Virus record (IMG/VR): IMGVR_UViG_3300006928_000053 | Location: 1 to 28,220 of that record | DNA from: a virus | Taxonomy: Duplodnaviria; Caudoviricetes | DNA length: 28,220 nucleotides | Strand: one strand, 5' to 3' | Part shown: positions 1 to 6,712 of the stretch, piece after piece | How positions within the stretch are numbered: position 1 is the first letter of the stretch | How the letters are laid out: every line of letters begins with the position of its first letter | Translations under genes and position numbers: made by a program | Notes under the pieces: model-generated | Databases searched by the model: none | What the model saw: the letters and a program-made list of their open reading frames with translations, nothing else | What the model was told of the DNA's origin: nothing

Positions 1-67
1 CAATAACTGCTGTAGAAACTTTTAGGTAGTTTTAATTTTTTTAATAATAAACACGTAAATATAAACA

Positions 68-148
68 GGAGAGATGTCTTATTGGCTGATAACCGGGATG
101 ATTAGTAGTTTAGCTATTAGTAACTCATCTGACTATTGGCATCTCTTC
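68..148 (+). other. Intergenic RNA-type stem-loop A
   Basis: GGAGAGATGTC (68-78) pairs with GGCATCTCTTC (138-148), 11 bp including 2 G-U. Inner helices are GGATGA/TCATCT and TTAGTAG/CTATTAG. Confidence 0.6.
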
Positions 149-169
149 ATAGCATAAGGAAATAGCATT

Positions 170-295
170 ATGAGAAATAGTAAGCAAATTAAAATAGATA
201 GGCAGAAGAAAAATACCTATCTTAAACAGCATGGTAGAACCCCTGCACAAATAGCACGAATAAAGGCCAGAAATGCTAAAAGAAAGGCGGTTTAA
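170..295 (+). CDS. Small, highly basic hypothetical protein (41 aa), absent from the ORF track
   Basis: TAAGGA SD at 155-160, ATG at 170. Translates to MRNSKQIKIDRQKKNTYLKQHGRTPAQIARIKARNAKRKAV*. Its TAA lies 1 nt before the next ATG (297). Confidence 0.7.
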   Translation: MRNSKQIKIDRQKKNTYLKQHGRTPAQIARIKARNAKRKAV

Positions 296-296
296 T

Positions 297-827
297 ATGG
301 CTTGGAAGTATTATAAGGATGGTGTATTACGAGCAGAATCTGATGATATTCCTGAAACTATGGAAGATGCAATAATGGAGCTACAAGCTAATGGACATGA
401 TATTAGTGATTGTATCCTTGAACCTGAAGTTGTAAAAGATTGCTGGTCACCTGATTATCCACCTGAAGAAGATGAGTATAATGAGTATTCATTGACTCAT
501 ACAGTTGGTAGAGATGATATAGAACGAACCCCATTACAACGGTTATTTGTTGAACCATTAACTGATGAAGAAGTAGAGCATTGGGAAAAGTTCTATAAGA
601 AAATAGAAGAAGAAAACAGAGCATTAAAAGTAGGAGATGACTTTATGAATAAAGTATGGGAAAAAGCTAAACCATCACGATTAACTAGATTTAAAAGATG
701 GTGTAGTAGCTGGACAGATGAAGAGTTAACTTATTTAATAGGTTGGCTATTTATAGGGTATTTAATGATAGGTATTATTAAATATCAACCAAGTATATTA
801 GAGGTTATACTTTGGCCATTTATATAA
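297..827 (+). CDS. Acidic hypothetical protein with C-terminal hydrophobic/TM segment
   Basis: Start moved to ATG 297 (AAGGCGG upstream; abuts the previous ORF). The C-terminus LTYLIGWLFIGYLMIGII...VILWPFI is hydrophobic. Confidence 0.7.
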   Translation: MAWKYYKDGVLRAESDDIPETMEDAIMELQANGHDISDCILEPEVVKDCWSPDYPPEEDEYNEYSLTHTVGRDDIERTPLQRLFVEPLTDEEVEHWEKFYKKIEEENRALKVGDDFMNKVWEKAKPSRLTRFKRWCSSWTDEELTYLIGWLFIGYLMIGIIKYQPSILEVILWPFI

Positions 828-835
828 CTTACTGA

Positions 836-900
836 CGGAGTAGAGAGCATCCATCGTGAGATATGCCAGGTCTAGATATTATGACCCTTTTGATACTCTG
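836..900 (+). ncRNA. Candidate structured RNA element (three-way junction with GNRA loop)
   Basis: Closing stem CGGAGTA/TACTCTG, hairpin GCAT-CC-ATC-GTGA-GAT-ATGC, hairpin GGTC...GACC. Family not recognised. Confidence 0.4.
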
Positions 901-904
901 AAAA

Positions 905-943
905 AGAGAGCTGAGTCGCAATTAACACAAAACTTAGCTCTCT
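905..943 (+). other. Intergenic stem-loop C
   Basis: AGAGAGCTGAGT (905-916) pairs with ACTTAGCTCTCT (932-943), 12 bp with one G-U and a 15-nt loop. No U-tract follows on +. Confidence 0.65.
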
Positions 944-957
944 ACCTCAATTAAACA

Positions 958-1036
958 ATTAATTAAGTAGCAGCATGCTGAACACGCAATATATCCATTT
1001 TGTGATATATCAGTATATAACTGCTACTTAATTAAT
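958..1036. repeat. Perfect 16-bp inverted repeat, stem-loop D
   Basis: ATTAATTAAGTAGCAG (958-973) and CTGCTACTTAATTAAT (1021-1036), with inner helix ATGCTGA/TCAGTAT. Confidence 0.85.
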
Positions 1037-1071
1037 ATAAACACGCTAAATAAATACGCAAAGGAGTAGTA

Positions 1072-1641
1072 ATGACAATTAATCAATTAATTAACAAAGA
1101 TGTAGATAATCATGTTAAAGATAATTATAATGGCACTTATACTATTAAGGTAAAATCTATTAGTAAAGATGCTATTAGACCATTTCAGCATACTACATAT
1201 AGAATAACAGAATGTTCTGTATGTGGTGATACATGTCCACAAAGATTAGATGCTTTAAATAATAAAAGAGCATATTGTACTAAAAAATGCCAACAATATA
1301 TGCAAATGTATATGAATAAAAGAAAAGTATATAAAGATGGTTGGAGAGTAAAGAAAGATGGCTATGTATATAAAAGAATATGGGATAATAGGTATAAAGG
1401 ACAATGGGTTTATAAACATAGATATGTAATGGAACAACATTTAGGTAGACAATTAAAGAAAGATGAATTTGTCCATCATATCGATTGTGTTAAAACTAAT
1501 AATAATATTGACAATTTATGGCTATGTAATGCTAGCAGTCATGCTTTAGCACATAAATCTGTTGAAAAATTATTTCCTATATTAATGAAAAATGGTGGAA
1601 AATTAAGCTTTAATAAAGATAAAGGTATCTACTATCTTTAG
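1072..1641 (+). CDS. HNH (homing-type) endonuclease with Zn-binding N-terminal region
   Basis: CSVC...YCTKKC, DGYV, HRYVMEQHLGRQL...VHHIDCVKTNNNIDNL. AAGGAG SD. Confidence 0.88.
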   Translation: MTINQLINKDVDNHVKDNYNGTYTIKVKSISKDAIRPFQHTTYRITECSVCGDTCPQRLDALNNKRAYCTKKCQQYMQMYMNKRKVYKDGWRVKKDGYVYKRIWDNRYKGQWVYKHRYVMEQHLGRQLKKDEFVHHIDCVKTNNNIDNLWLCNASSHALAHKSVEKLFPILMKNGGKLSFNKDKGIYYL

Positions 1642-1651
1642 AAGGAGCAGT

Positions 1652-1846
1652 ATGGAAAAAGTAGTAAGTGTTATGGAACAATATCACGTATTTAAGAAGA
1701 AAGTAGATAGAATGAACAATAAAACACTAAAAAAAGCATTAATTATTATAGATAGTGCTGAAGGTGTTAGTCATGATGATTTCTTTGAAATAGCGGTATT
1801 GTTATTTTTAGTAGATAAAATGAACATACAAGTAGAGGAGGAATAA
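1652..1846 (+). CDS. Hypothetical protein (64 aa)
   Basis: AAGGAG SD just upstream; closely follows the HNH gene. Confidence 0.7.
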   Translation: MEKVVSVMEQYHVFKKKVDRMNNKTLKKALIIIDSAEGVSHDDFFEIAVLLFLVDKMNIQVEEE

Positions 1847-1848
1847 GT

Positions 1849-2022
1849 ATGTCAGAAAAATTATATGGATTGACTGAAAAAGGCAAGAAATTGCTTAAAC
1901 AGTTAAAATATAATAAGCAAGAACGCGTAAATATGGTAGATATGGCATCTAGCATATTATTGATTAATCACGAGAACAAGAGTTCTCACAATTCATCGCA
2001 AGATGAGAAAGAGAGTAAATAA
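1849..2022 (+). CDS. Hypothetical protein (57 aa), absent from the ORF track
   Basis: GAGGAGG SD, ATG at 1849. Translates to MSEKLYGLTEKGKKLLKQLKYNKQERVNMVDMASSILLINHENKSSHNSSQDEKESK* and fills the gap to the Ubl gene. Confidence 0.7.
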   Translation: MSEKLYGLTEKGKKLLKQLKYNKQERVNMVDMASSILLINHENKSSHNSSQDEKESK

Positions 2023-2024
2023 AG

Positions 2025-2282
2025 ATGGCTACAGAAACAGTAGTAACTACAACAGAAACAACTATTCAACTAATGAATGGTACAATGACATTACAACCAA
2101 CAAGAGTAGTAATGGCAGCAACTGAAAATAATGCAGCAAATACAGTCGGAGCATTAAGAGAAGAGTTAGGATTATCAGGTCACATTTGTGTAAATGATGT
2201 TGACTCTTCTGATGCAACACCAATTGCTGAAGATGATAGAGTTGTTCATGTTGCAGGTAATAAAAGAGGTGGTAATCAGTAA
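2025..2282 (+). CDS. Ubiquitin-like beta-grasp protein (ThiS/MoaD-like) with C-terminal GG-NQ
   Basis: TVGALREELGL...ICVND...TPIAEDDRVVHV...KRGG matches the ThiS/MoaD pattern TVxxLxxxLGL...VN...LxxGDRVxxV...GG. E1 and JAB genes are nearby. Confidence 0.82.
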   Translation: MATETVVTTTETTIQLMNGTMTLQPTRVVMAATENNAANTVGALREELGLSGHICVNDVDSSDATPIAEDDRVVHVAGNKRGGNQ

Positions 2283-2337
2283 TTATCACATTGGGTACAA
2301 ATAAGGTTCTTTTAAGGAATAGGAAACGCACAGTACA

Positions 2338-2366
2338 TTGAGCTATGGTCCAGACTCCATTATAAT
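2338..2366 (+). promoter_or_regulatory. Sigma70-type promoter upstream of the E2-JAB-E1 genes
   Basis: TTGAGC (2338-2343), 17-nt spacer, TATAAT (2361-2366). Confidence 0.55.
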
Positions 2367-2387
2367 GAGTCAATGGAAAATTAGCAA
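2359..2387 (-). promoter_or_regulatory. Overlapping antisense sigma70-type promoter candidate
   Basis: On the - strand: TTGCTA (2387-2382), 17-nt spacer, TATAAT (2364-2359). The -10 lies in the palindrome CATTATAATG. Confidence 0.35.
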
Positions 2388-2448
2388 TAGATAGTCAAGT
2401 CACGCCCTATAATCCTTAATCAGCTTATTTGAATAATACTAGAATACA

Positions 2449-2506
2449 TCAGGGGGGATACTTATCCTTTCCTATCGAGATAGATGTGTGATACAATCTC
2501 CCCTGA
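2449..2506 (+). other. Intergenic stem-loop F, just before the E2-like gene SD
   Basis: TCAGGGGGGAT (2449-2459) pairs with ATCTCCCCTGA (2496-2506), 11 bp with one G-U. Inner hairpin CTAT-CGAG-ATAG. Confidence 0.65.
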
Positions 2507-2529
2507 GATAAATAAAGGAGTAAATAAAA

Positions 2530-4338
2530 ATGCAATATTCATTTGATTTTACAGAACAACCAGAGACACCTGATTTAGATTTAAGTCATTTAAACTATCA
2601 ACAATTATCAGGATTCGCTGAATTTTCAGAACAATTAGCTAAGTTTAATGAACAATATGAAATGGATTTAGTAGCTACTAGAAGTGCTAGATGGCAACCA
2701 GGAACATATAATAAACTTAAAAAAAGTATAAATAACGTTTTATATCCACATTGGAAAAAGAGACGCGGAGCTAATAGTATTCATAAACTATTAGAAAGAA
2801 ATAACTGGCGATATCAAAACTTTCAAGATTCATTACATAAACTTGATAATATGTTATATCGTTATCGAAAAGATGGAACAGAGCTTTATAGTGATGAAGA
2901 TTTAAATGAAGCAAAAGGATTATTATATCAATTGTTAAATAGTTTTACAACAGAATATGATAATGTTAAAGTAGATATTAGTCCTATTCCACATTTCGGA
3001 AGAACATTAAGAGGATATCGTGGTGGCAACTATGATGATGCTAGAACCGATAAAGTTGGTAGATTATATCCTGAGATTAATGAAAATAATGAAATTGCTG
3101 GTGTATGGAACACAGTAATGTATGAAAATATAGAACACGCTAATAATATTAAATATGACCATTTTGGAGAATCTAATCCAGCTAAATGGTTTATTAATAT
3201 AAGAGTGTTATTAGATGATGTAAGAATCAATGTAACTAATGCTGATATGAGTAGAGAATATGCTGAATTGCCTTATGGTAAATTAGTAGTATGTTTTACT
3301 GTAGATTTAGTAACATTGGTTACAAATCATCGCAGAATAGCAAAAGGTCAACATATGGTTAAAACTGAACATGTTGGAACAGCGGCTCATAAATTTCCAC
3401 ATTTATATGGAATAGAGCATCCATTTGTATATACTACTGATACATATAGCGGAACTAATATGGTAAATCATTTCAACACGTATGGCAATGGGAATATTTG
3501 CTTAGGTGAACTAGGTAATGATATATATGGAGCTATATTTCAAGGTAATATTACATTACTTAAAATGTATCTTAATATATGGGCTAATTCATTTTCAGTA
3601 GGCGTTACATCTCCATTAAACAATCTATCTAAAGTATCATTTGGAGTTAGAGAAGAATGGGATGCAGATGTAAGAGCTCATATATCAGGTAGTAGTGGAA
3701 CATGTTTTAAATATATCAAGCATGCTAATGCTGATGAAAAATCAAGCTTTCTTGATAAGTTTTGCAATGGATGTGCTATTACAGAAACATGTAGAACATA
3801 TGCAAGGCTTAATACAGATAAAGTATCATGGGCAGATGTAGCTGATTCCAATTGGGTACAAGCATTTAATATACTATGTACGCATTTAGATGGTGAAGTA
3901 GATACTAGCAAAATATATGAAATGTTTGCTGATTTATATTACTTTAAAAGTATTAATAAATTCAAACGTAGAACTATAGAACGTACTTTTGGTTCATTTA
4001 TTGACGTTAGAGACTGGAATGATTATCGTGAAATTGTAGATAATTTTATATTAACAGGACCTAATGAACATAATATTGTCTTAATGTATGAAATGTATGC
4101 ACGTGGTTTTGTATTAAATAAAGTATATATGGACAATAAACAAATGTATGAAGAGCTAGCATTACAAACTGAAAACATGGGCTTTGAAGAAGCTATTAGT
4201 AAATTAACAAATAACGATATAGAAAATAATCACTATTCTTGGCTATATGCACAAAGATATGTGTCAGCTAGAGAAGATTATTGGACATATAATAAATTCC
4301 TTAACGGGAGAGAGGAAGGTGTTAGGTATGAATACTAA
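2530..4338 (+). CDS. Large multidomain protein with a putative prokaryotic E2/UBC-like domain and a four-Cys cluster
   Basis: HPFV (H297) ... GNICLG (C324), followed by a helical segment and SP, resembles the E2 HP...GxICL signature. Also C392-x19-C412-x2-C415-x5-C421. Lies between the Ubl and JAB genes; AAGGAG SD. Confidence 0.62.
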   Translation: MQYSFDFTEQPETPDLDLSHLNYQQLSGFAEFSEQLAKFNEQYEMDLVATRSARWQPGTYNKLKKSINNVLYPHWKKRRGANSIHKLLERNNWRYQNFQDSLHKLDNMLYRYRKDGTELYSDEDLNEAKGLLYQLLNSFTTEYDNVKVDISPIPHFGRTLRGYRGGNYDDARTDKVGRLYPEINENNEIAGVWNTVMYENIEHANNIKYDHFGESNPAKWFINIRVLLDDVRINVTNADMSREYAELPYGKLVVCFTVDLVTLVTNHRRIAKGQHMVKTEHVGTAAHKFPHLYGIEHPFVYTTDTYSGTNMVNHFNTYGNGNICLGELGNDIYGAIFQGNITLLKMYLNIWANSFSVGVTSPLNNLSKVSFGVREEWDADVRAHISGSSGTCFKYIKHANADEKSSFLDKFCNGCAITETCRTYARLNTDKVSWADVADSNWVQAFNILCTHLDGEVDTSKIYEMFADLYYFKSINKFKRRTIERTFGSFIDVRDWNDYREIVDNFILTGPNEHNIVLMYEMYARGFVLNKVYMDNKQMYEELALQTENMGFEEAISKLTNNDIENNHYSWLYAQRYVSAREDYWTYNKFLNGREEGVRYEY

Positions 4339-5245
4339 ACCTGAAAATAATAAAAACAAAAAGTTCTGGATATCACACGAGAACTTCGATAAAGTCATAG
4401 CATATGCTGAATCAGCTTATAGACAATTTACGTCTGAAATAGGTGGTCAGTTAGTTGTTTTAGAAGATGAAGAAGGTGATTATATATTAGAAGACCCTGT
4501 AATTCTTAAACAAGAAATATCAGCTAGTAATTGTGAAATGGACGGTGGTCAATTAGCAATTCACTATTCTAAAATGATAGGCAAGCATGGTAACGATGTA
4601 AGGCATTGTTGGTGGCATAGTCATCATACAATGGGAGCATTTTGGTCAGGTACTGACGATGCTACTATATTAGGGCACCCTGCTGATGACTGGACATTAT
4701 CTTTAGTAGTTAATTTAAAGAGAGAATATAAATTACGTATTCAATTCTTTAAACCATTCCTACACGAAGAAAATGTAGAATTAAACTTCCTTCAAGAAGA
4801 ACGTGATGTTAATGATGCAATAGATGCAGAAGTTAAAAAGTTATGTTCTAAAGAAACACCACGTGTTATTACATATGGTGGAACTCAAGGTAATCTATGG
4901 AAGCAACCAAAACCAGCACATGGATATGGCTATAATTATGGCTATACGTATGGTTTATGGGAAGATGAAAATGAACTTGAGTTAACAGGAGTACCTGATG
5001 CATTATTTGAAACATGTGTAGAAGAAATGGATAAATTATCTGATAATTTTACTGATGGTTCTATAAAGCTAAAAGTCTTTCGTAAAGGAGTGAAATCTAT
5101 AAATGAAAGACTAAAGCAATATAATGTTAGGGTATTAAAAAAGATATCAAAAGGCAATAGAACAGATATAGATAATGAATTGCTATATCTACATGCACAT
5201 GATATGTTTGAAAACATAGAAGGGAGTAAACAGAATGCGAATTAA
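4328..5245 (+). CDS. JAB/MPN+ (JAMM) metalloprotease, putative Ubl-processing or deconjugating enzyme
   Basis: Catalytic E in SEIGG and an exact HxH-x7-S-x2-D motif (HSHHTMGAFWSGTD). Start moved to ATG 4328, overlapping the previous gene by 11 nt. Confidence 0.92.
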   Translation: MNTKPENNKNKKFWISHENFDKVIAYAESAYRQFTSEIGGQLVVLEDEEGDYILEDPVILKQEISASNCEMDGGQLAIHYSKMIGKHGNDVRHCWWHSHHTMGAFWSGTDDATILGHPADDWTLSLVVNLKREYKLRIQFFKPFLHEENVELNFLQEERDVNDAIDAEVKKLCSKETPRVITYGGTQGNLWKQPKPAHGYGYNYGYTYGLWEDENELELTGVPDALFETCVEEMDKLSDNFTDGSIKLKVFRKGVKSINERLKQYNVRVLKKISKGNRTDIDNELLYLHAHDMFENIEGSKQNAN

Positions 5246-5891
5246 TGAAAGAAGCTTGCATTTAGTCAGTGATTTTGACGATAAAATCTTTCACATTCTT
5301 GGTTGCGGAGCTATTGGTAGTTCCGCAGCTACTCAACTAGCAAGAATGGGTGCAATGCAATTTGTATTGTATGACTTAGATAAAGTTGAGATACAAAATG
5401 TTGGTGTAAGCCACTACATATATCAGGATATACAAAAACCTAAAGTAGTAGCATTACGTGAACATTTAGAAAATATAAACCCAGAAGTACGTGTTCATGA
5501 ACAATATGGTAGATTTACCAAGTTCATTAAACCCATAGGAGAAGGTGACATAGTAGTTTTAGGGTTTGACAGTATGGATAGTCGCTTAGAAGCCGCGGAG
5601 GAATCTATGAAAGGTAAAAATAAACCTTATCTTTTAATAGATGGTCGTATGGGTGCGGAGGAATATCATCAGTTTACATTTAGAAAACCAACTCTTAAAG
5701 AATATAAGAGAACATGGTATTCTGATGCAGATGCTGAAGATGAACCCTGTAATGCTAAAGCGACTTCCTACTGTTCTAATATGAGTGGAGCTTTTATAGC
5801 TAATACTATAAAGAAAACGTTAAATGATGAGGACTATCCTAAGCAATTTTTCTTCACATTTCCAGCTTTAATTGTTGGAAAACCGAAATAA
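5235..5891 (+). CDS. ThiF/MoeB/E1-family adenylyltransferase (Ubl-activating enzyme)
   Basis: GCGAIGS nucleotide-binding loop, LARMG, DLDKVEIQN, KPKV, DSMDSR, IDGRMG, and a crossover-loop Cys in EPC172NAK. Confidence 0.95.
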   Translation: MRINERSLHLVSDFDDKIFHILGCGAIGSSAATQLARMGAMQFVLYDLDKVEIQNVGVSHYIYQDIQKPKVVALREHLENINPEVRVHEQYGRFTKFIKPIGEGDIVVLGFDSMDSRLEAAEESMKGKNKPYLLIDGRMGAEEYHQFTFRKPTLKEYKRTWYSDADAEDEPCNAKATSYCSNMSGAFIANTIKKTLNDEDYPKQFFFTFPALIVGKPK

Positions 5892-5903
5892 TTATTGTAT
5901 ATT
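5875..5903 (+). promoter_or_regulatory. Possible sigma70-type promoter for the replication module
   Basis: TTGGAA (5875-5880), 17-nt spacer, TATATT (5898-5903). Such matches arise by chance in AT-rich DNA. Confidence 0.35.
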
Positions 5904-5929
5904 AGATAGTCGTTATTTAACAAAAACAT

Positions 5930-6026
5930 TGAAATTATCAAGAGTCAATAACTGAGTTCATAACTCCTGTGGATATCCGACCCGACGGTTCACAGGGAGA
6001 ACATATGTGAGACTCTTGATATTTCA
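5930..6026 (+). other. Long rod-like intergenic stem-loop H
   Basis: TGAAA-T-TATCAAGAGTC pairs with GACTCTTGATA-TTTCA (16 bp, one bulge). Inner helices GTTC/GAAC and TCCTGTGGAT/GTTCACAGGG (3 G-U). Confidence 0.75.
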
Positions 6027-6039
6027 GAAACGGAGCAAA

Positions 6040-6711
6040 ATGGTACTAAAAGTAGCAAAGAGAAAAGCTGTTTCTCAAAATCCAAGTACGCTATTAATGT
6101 ATGGCCCTCCCAAAATAGGTAAAACTACAATGTTATCCAGTCTAGACAAATGTCTTATTATTGATACAGAGTCTGGTTCTAATATGGTAGAAGGTCATAT
6201 ACTTAATGCTAATAATCGTAAAGAGTTAATAGATATATTAAAACAAGCACGTGAAGGACACGAGTTTAAATATATAGCTATTGATACTATCGATAAAGTA
6301 GTACAATGGGCAGAAGCAGCAGTATGTGAAGAAAATAGTGTTCAAGCTTTAGCTGACCTACCTTTCGGAAAAGGTTGGGGATTAGCACGTGATAAAGTTA
6401 TGAATACTATACATGCGTTTAAAGACGTATGCGACCATCTTATTATAGTTGGTCATAGAAAGACAGCTAAAGCAGTAGTAGAGGGACAGGCAACAGTAGA
6501 GCCTGAAAGTCTTGATATTACTGGACGCTTAAAGAACATGATAATGTCAGATAGTGATGCAATAGGCTACGTATTTAGAGACGAAAATGAAAAATTAATG
6601 ATTTCATTCAAATCGGACGATGCTTTAGAAGCAGGTTCAAGAAGTCCTCATTTACGTGGTAAAATATTACCATTTGATTGGAAAAACATATATAAAAAGG
6701 AGGCTAAATAA
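6040..6711 (+). CDS. Sak4-like (AAA_24-type) ATPase / ssDNA-annealing recombinase
   Basis: Walker A GPPKIGKTT, IDTESG, Walker B IAIDTID, FGKGW, SDAIGY. GGAG SD before ATG 6040. Confidence 0.85.
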   Translation: MVLKVAKRKAVSQNPSTLLMYGPPKIGKTTMLSSLDKCLIIDTESGSNMVEGHILNANNRKELIDILKQAREGHEFKYIAIDTIDKVVQWAEAAVCEENSVQALADLPFGKGWGLARDKVMNTIHAFKDVCDHLIIVGHRKTAKAVVEGQATVEPESLDITGRLKNMIMSDSDAIGYVFRDENEKLMISFKSDDALEAGSRSPHLRGKILPFDWKNIYKKEAK

Positions 6712-6712
6712 T

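Larger units (their letters stand above)
2298..2431 (+). other. Intergenic long-range stem-loop E
   Basis: CAAATAAG/CTTATTTG (2298-2305/2424-2431), TTAAGGA/TCCTTAA and ATAGG/CCTAT. Confidence 0.5.

Noticed and set aside
832-904. Hammerhead-like CTGA...GAAA around the 836-900 element
   Set aside because: The core reads CUGACGG rather than CUGANGA, and no convincing stems I and III were found.
2025-5245. Lambda-type tail assembly JAB (gpK) and Ubl (gpI) pair
   Set aside because: No NlpC/P60 domain, an E1 is present, and the genes lie in the early arm far from the tail genes.
5235-5891. Ordinary thiamine or molybdopterin auxiliary metabolic genes (thiF/thiS, moeB/moaD)
   Set aside because: No thiG, moaE or sulfurtransferase is present and the context is JAB plus an E2-like gene, so gene symbols were not assigned.
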